From the sequence record MZ779063.1: 64,000 nt of DNA. One strand, given 5' to 3'. This document shows, piece after piece, positions 10,399 to 19,042 of the stretch. Source of the stretch: Staphylococcus phage vB_SauM-UFV_DC4. Position 1 is the first letter of the stretch; each line of letters begins with the position of its first letter. Position numbers and translations under genes: made by a program. Below the pieces are notes generated by a model. It was not told the origin of the DNA. It searched no databases and worked only from the letters and a program-made list of their open reading frames with translations.

Positions 10399-12312
10399 AT
10401 GACAAATGAAGAAATTGTTTTAGATTTAAAATTAGGTAAGTATAATGATTATTTACACTCAGATAATTATTTTGAAATTTTAGAAGATTTAAAGAAAGAT
10501 ATTATTAGTAATCCTCAAAAAAGAATGGAAGACTATTTTGAAGACAATATATCTAAAAGTAATTATTTCACTTTATTAGTATTAGGTAAACCTTTTAGAG
10601 ATATGAATAAAGAGTTTACGGAAGAATACTTAGTTAATCCAACTGATATTGAAGATTATTATGATTATTTTGACAAAGTTGTTGTTAATTTTATTCATGA
10701 AGGACATGACCCAATAAAAGTTAGTCAATCTATTGCATTTATTATTGATGAATTAACTATATTTTCAAATGAATATATTTTACCTTTAGATGGACCATCT
10801 ATTTCATTATACGATATTATGAGATTGGCTAATGAAGATAAAGAAGTAGAAAAATTAATTAACTTTGATAAAGAAGATATTGACCCTAGCTTAAACTATC
10901 AGCAAATTATCAATGAAGTTCAAAAACCTAATATGCATAAATTAATTGATCGTATTAAATCTGATAAAGAAAATGATTATAAAACTTTCTTACATTCAGG
11001 AACAGGTATTAATAAGATACAATTGAATGAGGTTTTAAGTTTCGTAGGATACAAACCAGATATTCGTGGCGATGTTGTAACTGATATTATTGATACCTCA
11101 TTCATGCGTGGTTTAAAAGATACAACACAATTTGCTATTGATGCAGAATCTTCATTAAACGCATTAATGAACTCTAAGAATAAAGTACGTGAATCAGGAT
11201 ACTTAAACCGTAAAATTACTTTATTAACTTCAGATTTAAAATTATCAGAAAATGAAGATTGTGAAAGTAAACATTTTGTTTACGTTAATATGAATAGTCA
11301 AGATAAATTAGATAGATTTAATGATAGATTCTATTATGATGATACAGATCAAGAATTAAAATTAATTAATTCTAAAGAAGATAGTCATTTAATAGGACAG
11401 ATTGTTCCATTACGTTCTCCTATCACATGTGCTGAATCTAAAGGAAAAATATGCCAAACTTGTTACGGTAAACGTTTATATAACATTAATAGAAACTTAT
11501 CTGTAGGTATATTGGCTACATTAAGATTAACAGAACCTATGACTCAAAAATTATTATCAACAAAACACTTACAAGCAGTACAATTATCTGAATTCTCTTG
11601 GCCAGATATCTTTAAAGAACACTTTGAATTCTCTGGAGATAATATTGTTCCACGTAATGAAAAGACTAAAGTTATTATTGATGAAATGATTATTAATGAA
11701 GATTATGAATATGGAAGATATAAAGCTAACAGTTTTAAATTTAAAGTAGGTACTAAAACTCATACTGTTAAATCACCTGTAACTCTTAAAATACCAGATC
11801 AAAATATTGAGACTATGGATAAGTTTTATGATGAAGAAGAAAATGCATTTATATTCAGTATGAAAGACTTAAAAGAGAATTTCTTATTTAATATTAAAAT
11901 TAAAAATGAAGGTGTTGCTGACCCACTTCTTAAAATACGTTCTATATTAGAAAGTACTAAATACATTAGAAATGATTATGAAGAAAATAACTATCAAGCA
12001 ATGTTTAATGATGTAACAGATTTATTACTTAAATCAGGTACAGACGTTATGAGTGTTCATTTAGAAACTATTATTAGAAACATGGTATTCTTAAATGAAG
12101 ATTATAAAGAAAGAACTAAATATAGAGATCCTGAATTTGAACCTGATATTGAATTGAAAAATGTAGGTAGTGCTATTTTAAGTTCACCTTCGCCAGTACA
12201 ATCATTAATCTTTGAGAAGATTAAAGCACAATTAAGTACTGATGAAACTAATAACTTCTTCAGTAAAGATGGAGACTCAATGTTCGATCCGTTATTTGAT
12301 TTTGATATTTAA
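10399..12312 (+). CDS. Multisubunit RNA polymerase beta-prime subunit, C-terminal module (bridge helix to trigger loop and beyond), fragment 1
   Basis: Bridge-helix-like FMRGLKDTT...SGYLNRKITLLTSDL (compare bacterial [23 protein letters not shown]). Trigger-loop region RSPITCAESKGKICQTCYGKRL...NLSVGILATLRLTEPMTQKLLSTKHLQAV (compare RSPLTCE..GVCAKCYGRDLA.G...[25 protein letters not shown]). Confidence 0.75.
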   Translation: MTNEEIVLDLKLGKYNDYLHSDNYFEILEDLKKDIISNPQKRMEDYFEDNISKSNYFTLLVLGKPFRDMNKEFTEEYLVNPTDIEDYYDYFDKVVVNFIHEGHDPIKVSQSIAFIIDELTIFSNEYILPLDGPSISLYDIMRLANEDKEVEKLINFDKEDIDPSLNYQQIINEVQKPNMHKLIDRIKSDKENDYKTFLHSGTGINKIQLNEVLSFVGYKPDIRGDVVTDIIDTSFMRGLKDTTQFAIDAESSLNALMNSKNKVRESGYLNRKITLLTSDLKLSENEDCESKHFVYVNMNSQDKLDRFNDRFYYDDTDQELKLINSKEDSHLIGQIVPLRSPITCAESKGKICQTCYGKRLYNINRNLSVGILATLRLTEPMTQKLLSTKHLQAVQLSEFSWPDIFKEHFEFSGDNIVPRNEKTKVIIDEMIINEDYEYGRYKANSFKFKVGTKTHTVKSPVTLKIPDQNIETMDKFYDEEENAFIFSMKDLKENFLFNIKIKNEGVADPLLKIRSILESTKYIRNDYEENNYQAMFNDVTDLLLKSGTDVMSVHLETIIRNMVFLNEDYKERTKYRDPEFEPDIELKNVGSAILSSPSPVQSLIFEKIKAQLSTDETNNFFSKDGDSMFDPLFDFDI

Positions 12313-12386
12313 AACAATATAATTCAACCAAACTTCTATTAACTTAGGAGTTTGGTTATATATAATAACTCTAGGAGGAATTTAAT

Positions 12387-12677
12387 ATGGAAAATGTACC
12401 AGAATATAGTTTATTAGGGATATATAATTTTAATTATGATAAAGAGAAATTAATAATGTCTATAATAAAAAATTGTCATATTGTCTTTAACACTATTAAT
12501 GAGGATGGAGAAAGAGATATTTATTTATTATCTGATTTAGAAATTAGTGAGGATGGTATATTTTCTTTTGTATTAACTAAAGATGATTTACCGGTATCAG
12601 TTCATAATTTTTCAATTAAAGAGGTATATGATTTTGATGAACTTAATAAATTGATAATGAAAGAAATTAATTCTTAA
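12387..12677 (+). CDS. Small acidic protein; candidate uracil-DNA glycosylase inhibitor (Ugi)-like DNA mimic (speculative)
   Basis: 96 aa, AGGAGG RBS, acidic; segment ERDIYLLSDLEISEDGIFSFVLTKDD loosely resembles PBS2 Ugi ESDILVHTAYDESTDENVMLLTSD. Confidence 0.5.
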   Translation: MENVPEYSLLGIYNFNYDKEKLIMSIIKNCHIVFNTINEDGERDIYLLSDLEISEDGIFSFVLTKDDLPVSVHNFSIKEVYDFDELNKLIMKEINS

Positions 12678-12744
12678 AAAATTAATTTTTTATAATAACT
12701 GATAGATATAAAATTTTAAAGCAAAAAGGAGAATTTAATTTAAC

Positions 12745-13191
12745 ATGGAAATTTTCAAATTAAAAGAATTAGAAGGTAAACAAGAACAAACAATCGAATT
12801 AACTGGTGATGATAAAAACCTTAAAGAAATTAGAGAAGCATTCTTTAATAGTCAATCAGGTACTTATATGGTAAATAAAACTATCAATGATAATATTGAA
12901 GAATTCTTCAAACATGCTGAAGATGATGTAACTGTAGATGATGTTTATAAACTTAATGTAATTGTTGAAGATGATAAACAAATTACTTTAGTTAAAGCTG
13001 AAAAAGATGATCAATTTAAGAAAGGTTGTTTCTACATGGTATTTGACTTAATGGGTTCTGTACCTGTTTATACTGATTTAGAAAATCCTGAAGCTACATT
13101 TGATTTATCCGGTATGTTTAAAGAAAATGGTTTTGATTTCTTTAAAACTATTGCAGAAGTATTCCCTACTACTATTGAGCTTAAACAATAA
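12745..13191 (+). CDS. Hypothetical acidic protein
   Basis: ORF with AAGGAG RBS. Confidence 0.5.
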   Translation: MEIFKLKELEGKQEQTIELTGDDKNLKEIREAFFNSQSGTYMVNKTINDNIEEFFKHAEDDVTVDDVYKLNVIVEDDKQITLVKAEKDDQFKKGCFYMVFDLMGSVPVYTDLENPEATFDLSGMFKENGFDFFKTIAEVFPTTIELKQ

Positions 13192-13208
13192 AGAAAGAAG
13201 CTGATACT

Positions 13209-14756
13209 ATGGTAGTATTAAATGAAACAAGAAAAATAAAAGTATCTGTATATCCTACTCGTATATTAGTTGAAAATTACGAGTTAGGATTTTGTTCTGC
13301 AATAGAAAGTTATCTATCAGTATGGGATAAAATATATCATAAACATACTTATAAAGCTTTCAAATATGATGAAGAAAATAAAACTATATCTTTTCCAGCA
13401 GGTATTAATACTAAATTATTATTACAGTCATTAAAAAATCATGGAGAAATTGATTATCAAGATTTCAGAGCAGTTGAAAATTTATTCTTTAAACCTAAAC
13501 CAAATTATGATGTTAAAATGAATTTTAAACCTAGAGATCTTCTACAAAGAAAAGCTATAGAATTCTTAAATTCATTTAGTATATATGATCCATCAACACA
13601 AAAATTCCTTTCATTACAAACTGGTGAAGGTAAAACTTTCTGTGCTTTAAAATCAGTCATTGACAGAGAATTAGTACCTATGATTTTTGTTAATAACAAT
13701 AAACTTAAAGAGCAATGGGAAGAAAAAATAAAAGAGTACACTAATGTTGATAATGAAAAAATATATGTGATTCAAGGGAGATCAAGTATTAATAAACTAT
13801 TTAAAATGAAATCTAAAGAAAGAAATAAAATAGATTTCTATATAGTAATGTATAAAACGTTAAATTCTTTTATTCAAGAAGATGAAGAAAGATTACAAGA
13901 ATTACTATTAAAAACTAAAGTAGGTATTAAGATATTTGATGAAGCACATTTAGATTTTCGAAGCTTAACTAATATTGATATACAAACAGATTTACCGTCA
14001 ATATACTTATCAGCTACACCTAGAAGATCTGATAAATCAGAAAATATGGTATTTAGTAATATATTCTTAAAAACACCTATATTTAGTTCTGATAATTACG
14101 ACAGACAGATAGCTAATAATAGAAAAATACCATCTAAATATCATGATGTATTTATTATCAGATGGAATAGTAATCCTAAAGAAGTTGAATTAGCTGATTT
14201 CATGAAAGCTTCTAAACGTAATGGTCTTAATGTAAATCATTATAGTAAATACTTAATTGAAGAAGATAAAAGAAGAAAAGAATACTTTGATATTGTATTT
14301 AATATTATTAATAATGTCATTATGAAAGAAGAAGTTAAAAAGACTGTAGTTATGTTTAAATTAAAGAATATGATAGATGATTTTTATTCATATTTAGAAG
14401 ATAAACTTGGACCTGAAGGATTAGAATTTTTAAATTGTATTAGATACTATGATGGTATTGATAAAGAAGAAAAAGATAAAGTATTAGAATCTAACTTAAT
14501 TATTACAACTGATTTATCTCTAGGTACTGGAATAGATATACCTGATTTAAAAGCTGTAATTAATACAGTTCCTTTATCAAGTGAAAGTAAAGTAACTCAA
14601 ATTATGGGTAGATTAAGATATATTGAAAATGAAAAATTAATGTTCTTTGATCTAATTGATCATGGATTTAAGAAATTAGTTTCTCAAGGAAGTAATAGAT
14701 TAAGAAATGTATATAAGAAGAAAGCTTTAAATATAACTGATTTTAAAATTAAATAA
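13209..14756 (+). CDS. Superfamily 2 (DEAH-box-like) helicase
   Basis: Motif I LQTGEGKT, motif II KIFDEAHLD, motif V/VI-like TTDLSLGTGIDIP and QIMGRLRY. Confidence 0.7.
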   Translation: MVVLNETRKIKVSVYPTRILVENYELGFCSAIESYLSVWDKIYHKHTYKAFKYDEENKTISFPAGINTKLLLQSLKNHGEIDYQDFRAVENLFFKPKPNYDVKMNFKPRDLLQRKAIEFLNSFSIYDPSTQKFLSLQTGEGKTFCALKSVIDRELVPMIFVNNNKLKEQWEEKIKEYTNVDNEKIYVIQGRSSINKLFKMKSKERNKIDFYIVMYKTLNSFIQEDEERLQELLLKTKVGIKIFDEAHLDFRSLTNIDIQTDLPSIYLSATPRRSDKSENMVFSNIFLKTPIFSSDNYDRQIANNRKIPSKYHDVFIIRWNSNPKEVELADFMKASKRNGLNVNHYSKYLIEEDKRRKEYFDIVFNIINNVIMKEEVKKTVVMFKLKNMIDDFYSYLEDKLGPEGLEFLNCIRYYDGIDKEEKDKVLESNLIITTDLSLGTGIDIPDLKAVINTVPLSSESKVTQIMGRLRYIENEKLMFFDLIDHGFKKLVSQGSNRLRNVYKKKALNITDFKIK

Positions 14757-14776
14757 TGAAAGGTTGTTGAGGTATT

Positions 14777-15487
14777 GTGTCCATTATATCTCGTGGAGAG
14801 GCTATTGATAATTATCAATACCTCAATGAATTATTTATAAGTTTTAGAAAAGAAATTAATGAATTTTTATTTAGTGAGATATTTAAAATTAATCATACTG
14901 ATTTTAAAAACTCTATTATAGGTAGTGTTAATTCAGAATTTAAAGTTAAGGAAGAAAAAGATTCAATATGCTTATTATTAGAAGATAAATTTATTGAATT
15001 CGACCTTTATGAAGGATTTATTATCCTTTACAACTTTAAAGAGAATATTAGTTTAATGAAAGAAAAAATTGATATCCAAAAATCTATAATAGAAAATAAA
15101 TTAGATACTAGATATAATTCTAATAATAAACTTAAAAATAAGAATAAAAAGCTTAATAATGAAATAACTGAAAAGAATAATGAACTTAATGAAAGAATTA
15201 AATTAGGTGTTTTAACTAATGCATTACTAAATATGTTAAGAATGCCCAATTCATTTAAATTAAAAGAAGAAATAGATGAACTTAATAAAAGTATTGAGAA
15301 AAATAATCTAATTATAGAGAATAATGATAGTAATATAAAATTATTAGAAGAAGATAAGAAAGATATTAGTAAATATGATTTTAGGTTTGCTAATGATAAA
15401 TATCTATTCAATAAGATTAGTGAGTTTGTACAGTACTTTAAAAATGAATATGGTTTTGAATTTTATATTAAAAATGATACTATATAA
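14777..15487 (+). CDS. Hypothetical protein with a coiled-coil C-terminal half
   Basis: K/N/E-rich heptad-like sequence; GTG or internal start possible. Confidence 0.45.
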   Translation: MSIISRGEAIDNYQYLNELFISFRKEINEFLFSEIFKINHTDFKNSIIGSVNSEFKVKEEKDSICLLLEDKFIEFDLYEGFIILYNFKENISLMKEKIDIQKSIIENKLDTRYNSNNKLKNKNKKLNNEITEKNNELNERIKLGVLTNALLNMLRMPNSFKLKEEIDELNKSIEKNNLIIENNDSNIKLLEEDKKDISKYDFRFANDKYLFNKISEFVQYFKNEYGFEFYIKNDTI

Positions 15488-15498
15488 GGAGTAAATAT

Positions 15499-16131
15499 AT
15501 GAATACAGAACTAAGCAAATTAAGTTTAGAAGAGTTGAGTGATTTAAAAGAAGAAGTCAATAGATTTTTTAATAACGATTTATTTAAATTTCCTAATGCA
15601 GGAATCACATCTAATTTATCTTTACCTGCAAAGTATTATAATCTTTTATTAGTTAATATTATAGAAGACAGTAAACTAAAATTTACTTTATACGGTATCG
15701 ATATGATTATTTTTGATTTAGATACATTAGAAGTATCAATGAGCGATAAATATGAACACAATATGGGTTTAGCTGAAGAAACTCTAATTTCTAATTATGA
15801 AGGATTTACTGAAAAAGACAAATTTTTAGATTCTATAGAAGATGAGAAAAATATACTAAAAGATAAATTTATATTTGAAAATAATATTAGTTCTATTAAT
15901 AAAGAAATAGAAAATATTGAATCATTATTTGGTATCAAGTTTAAATTTATCGAAGATTTTGATGGTTATAAATTAGAAAGAAATCAAGATAATGAAGATA
16001 CAGAAGAAACTGAAAAAGAAAATATAATTGAAGATAATAAAATTGCTAAAGAAAGTAATGAACATGAAATTACACATAGTAAAAAAGATTCTTTAATTAA
16101 AAGAATAATTAAGAGAGTGGTGAAATTTTAA
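15499..16131 (+). CDS. Hypothetical protein
   Basis: ORF with AGGAG RBS. Confidence 0.5.
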   Translation: MNTELSKLSLEELSDLKEEVNRFFNNDLFKFPNAGITSNLSLPAKYYNLLLVNIIEDSKLKFTLYGIDMIIFDLDTLEVSMSDKYEHNMGLAEETLISNYEGFTEKDKFLDSIEDEKNILKDKFIFENNISSINKEIENIESLFGIKFKFIEDFDGYKLERNQDNEDTEETEKENIIEDNKIAKESNEHEITHSKKDSLIKRIIKRVVKF

Positions 16132-16731
16132 ATGACTGAAGAAAAATTACCTGCATTAAATATTATTGCTTCTGCAGTAACTACTACACCTAAGACTAAT
16201 ACAGAATTTATTAATATGACATTTATGGTAGATAACCCTAAATTTAAAGATATGTATTTAGAATTTTCTGATATTGATTTATCAGAAGTATTTAAAAACG
16301 AAATGCTTAAAGAAGCTTATGAAAACGGTCAATTAGCAGAATATACTAAAATTGATCAGACTTTAGATAATTATAATATTAGAATGATTAAAGATGATAC
16401 AGTTATACAAATACAACGTATTAGAGATTACTTTGAAGAATTATCTGAATATGCTGATAAATTAATATTCTGGGTTGATGAGATTACTTTATGGTCTCAG
16501 TTAATAGAATTAGTTTATGGAGGTTCATCAGATAACACATATGAATTACCTTCATATATTGACTTCCAACCTATTGACATAAAATCAGTAGTTAGAATGT
16601 CAGCTATAAGAGATAATGATTATTCATATGCAGAAGAATTAATGGGAACAAGTGAATCACTAACAGATTCATCTTTATCAATTTCATCATTCTTATTAAC
16701 ATTCATTAAAAATGCTGGAATATTAAAATAA
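16132..16731 (+). CDS. Hypothetical protein
   Basis: ORF; start overlaps the upstream stop (TAAATG). Confidence 0.5.
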   Translation: MTEEKLPALNIIASAVTTTPKTNTEFINMTFMVDNPKFKDMYLEFSDIDLSEVFKNEMLKEAYENGQLAEYTKIDQTLDNYNIRMIKDDTVIQIQRIRDYFEELSEYADKLIFWVDEITLWSQLIELVYGGSSDNTYELPSYIDFQPIDIKSVVRMSAIRDNDYSYAEELMGTSESLTDSSLSISSFLLTFIKNAGILK

Positions 16732-16740
16732 ATTTTTAAA

Positions 16741-16765
16741 TATATATTATAAAGATGTATTAGTA
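16741..16765 (+). promoter_or_regulatory. Promoter-like motif TATATATTATAAAGATGTATTAGTA
   Basis: Copy of the TATATTATA family upstream of ORF 16802. Confidence 0.4.
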
Positions 16766-16801
16766 ATGGAATATTATTAATATAAATAATTTAAATGGAG
16801 A

Positions 16802-18052
16802 GTGTCAGATATTATGTTAACAAATTTTAAAGATCATTTACACAGAGGCGGAAACCTTTCAGTTTCAATTTATACTTTATTTACTAGAAAGAATAAAAAT
16901 ACTGGTAATGCTATTAATGGTGAGTATATTAACACGTATCAATCAAGTCAATATAACGGTGTTCCTTTCTTAAGTGAAATTGAAAATAATGGTAATCATT
17001 ATATTTCTTTCTCTTATAACAAATTTCAACAAGGTCAAGCACCTATTCGTGAAGATGTATTAATTAGTTATCCACATTTACAAGAATTTAATAATTTCTT
17101 AAAAGCAACTTATACAAGTATTAGTGAGAATTTTAATAATATTTTCTCTAATAATCAAGTTAATCCAGATTATCAACAACATATTTGGCAATCACCAAAA
17201 TTAGTATCTGGTAAAGAAATTGCTATTGCTCCTGCAGTAATTCAAAATAATAGAACTAATAATTTTGAAATTGGTTTTAATATTATGGTAAATGATACTA
17301 ATAAATATGATTTTGTATCAGCTAATACATTTATCAGTTTAGTTAATTTATTAGTTAGAATTACTAATGATCCATTAACATTCAGAAATCAATGTGTGCA
17401 AGCAGAAATGCAAGCTAAAGAAATTGAAAATAATCAACTATTAAAAGGATTATTAAGAGCTCAAGGTTTACCTACAGACATGAGTAATCATCATATGGAT
17501 GAAAAATCAGCTCAAGGCAATGCTCCACGTAATAATAACTTTAATAACAACAATGGTGGAGGTTTCAATAATAATAATAATCAATTCGGTAATTTCGGTG
17601 GTAATAAAGGAAATTTTAACCAAGCTCCACAACAACAAAATAACTTTAATCAACAGCAACAGAGTCAACCTCAAGGAAATCCTTTTGGAAATTTTAATCA
17701 ACCTCAACCACAACAGAATCAACAACCAGCACAACAAAATGATAACCCTTTTAATGTAAGTCAACAACCAGTACAACAAAGTAGTAGTAATCCATTTGAT
17801 GCTGGTCAAACGGATCAAATTAGTGATGATGATTTACCATTTGAAACTAAAGAAACACCACAACAAGATGATAGACAAATTGATAAATCTAACATGTTTA
17901 AAGATGCTGAAGTTAACAAAGAATCAGGTTCTTTAGAAGACTTATCAAATACAGTAAATAATGAAAGTGAAGGTAAAGCTAGTTCTTTACTAGATGATTT
18001 CATTAAAAAAGGTAAAGAATCAGAACAAGAAGATGATGATTTAGGAATTTAA
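16802..18052 (+). CDS. Protein with a globular N-terminal domain, a long Q/N/G/P-rich low-complexity linker and acidic DDDLPF-containing tail; single-strand DNA-binding-protein-like architecture (speculative)
   Basis: About 110 aa of NNFNNNNGGGFNNNNNQFGNFGGNKGNFNQAPQQQNNFNQQQQSQPQGNPFGNFNQPQPQQNQQP, then DQISDDDLPFE and terminal EQEDDDLGI. Confidence 0.55.
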   Translation: MSDIMLTNFKDHLHRGGNLSVSIYTLFTRKNKNTGNAINGEYINTYQSSQYNGVPFLSEIENNGNHYISFSYNKFQQGQAPIREDVLISYPHLQEFNNFLKATYTSISENFNNIFSNNQVNPDYQQHIWQSPKLVSGKEIAIAPAVIQNNRTNNFEIGFNIMVNDTNKYDFVSANTFISLVNLLVRITNDPLTFRNQCVQAEMQAKEIENNQLLKGLLRAQGLPTDMSNHHMDEKSAQGNAPRNNNFNNNNGGGFNNNNNQFGNFGGNKGNFNQAPQQQNNFNQQQQSQPQGNPFGNFNQPQPQQNQQPAQQNDNPFNVSQQPVQQSSSNPFDAGQTDQISDDDLPFETKETPQQDDRQIDKSNMFKDAEVNKESGSLEDLSNTVNNESEGKASSLLDDFIKKGKESEQEDDDLGI

Positions 18053-18136
18053 GAATTAAATAATATATGGTCTAATATGGATAAATATCTGTATTAGATC
18101 ATATATACCTTTTATTTTTTATAAAAAATAAATAAA

Positions 18137-18988
18137 GTGAGTGAATATTATATGGCAAATAAAAAGGATCTAAGTGAGTTAGAAAGAATTATAAGTAGTA
18201 TGGACACTATTGACGTTAGAGAAGTTTTTAAAGATGTAAGAAGTTCAGATAATGTTAATGAAGAAGATGATCTAAATTCATCTAAATACAAAGGCGATAT
18301 TAAAGGTTTAGTAACTAAAGAAGAGTATGAAAATCTTCCTTATTTAGGTAAACGTGCTATTCAGTTTATGGAAAATATTGCAGCTGATAAAGAAAATTTA
18401 GATTTTGAATCTTATTTTGAAAGATATGCAAAAGCATATGGTAAAGATGAAATTGATTCATTTAAAAACACTATGTATAGACTTAAAAGTAGTAAGGTTT
18501 TTACAATACAATCATTAATGACGATTACCGAAGCTATTGACTATAAAGTTCATATAATAACTGAAGAATTTAAAGGTATGGATGAATTAAGATTATATGA
18601 ACCTAAAAGAAAAGTTAAATCTTCTAGATTTATGGGTAAATTAAATTTTGATTTAATGCCAGATGTTATATATGAAGACTTTATATTGGAGTTTGTAGAG
18701 TTTTTAGAAGAATTAGGAAAAGAAGGATATACATTTGAAATGTTATTTGGAGAACTTGAAAATAATTCTGATGAGAAAAATCCTATAAGCAAAATTAAAT
18801 CATCTATGGATAAAATGATTAAACAAGGTAAACTAACTTGGAAAACTATGGAAACTATAACAGAGTCTCTAGGTATGAGTATCAAAGTTGATTTTATAAA
18901 AGAAGTTATTGACACTGATGAAGTTAATAAAATTGATGCATCTAATCAAATACATCTAGAAGATGATAATATAATTCATAAAAAATAA
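18137..18988 (+). CDS. Hypothetical protein
   Basis: ORF with AGTGAGTGA RBS-like sequence. Confidence 0.5.
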   Translation: MSEYYMANKKDLSELERIISSMDTIDVREVFKDVRSSDNVNEEDDLNSSKYKGDIKGLVTKEEYENLPYLGKRAIQFMENIAADKENLDFESYFERYAKAYGKDEIDSFKNTMYRLKSSKVFTIQSLMTITEAIDYKVHIITEEFKGMDELRLYEPKRKVKSSRFMGKLNFDLMPDVIYEDFILEFVEFLEELGKEGYTFEMLFGELENNSDEKNPISKIKSSMDKMIKQGKLTWKTMETITESLGMSIKVDFIKEVIDTDEVNKIDASNQIHLEDDNIIHKK

Positions 18989-18995
18989 AATATAT

Positions 18996-19035
18996 CCCCT
19001 AACCTTATTAATTTAAGGTTAGGGGAATTTATATC
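18996..19035. terminator. Bidirectional terminator hairpin CCCCTAACCTT-ATTAATTT-AAGGTTAGGGG flanked by A-run and T-run; member of the CCCTAACC hairpin family
   Basis: Perfect 11-bp stem between convergent genes 18137..18988(+) and 19043..20713(-). Confidence 0.65.
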
Positions 19036-19042
19036 ATTTTTT

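Noticed and set aside
15028-15411. Minus-strand ORF of 127 aa rich in L/S/F
   Set aside because: It lies antisense to the AT-rich coiled-coil gene 14777..15487. This is the typical antisense composition of AAA/GAA-rich coding DNA, and there is no independent start context.
17499-18003. ORFs 17499..17759, 17507..17818 and 17815..18003 overlapping the Q/N-rich gene
   Set aside because: They are alternative-frame or antisense readings of the CAA/AAT-rich low-complexity region of 16802..18052.
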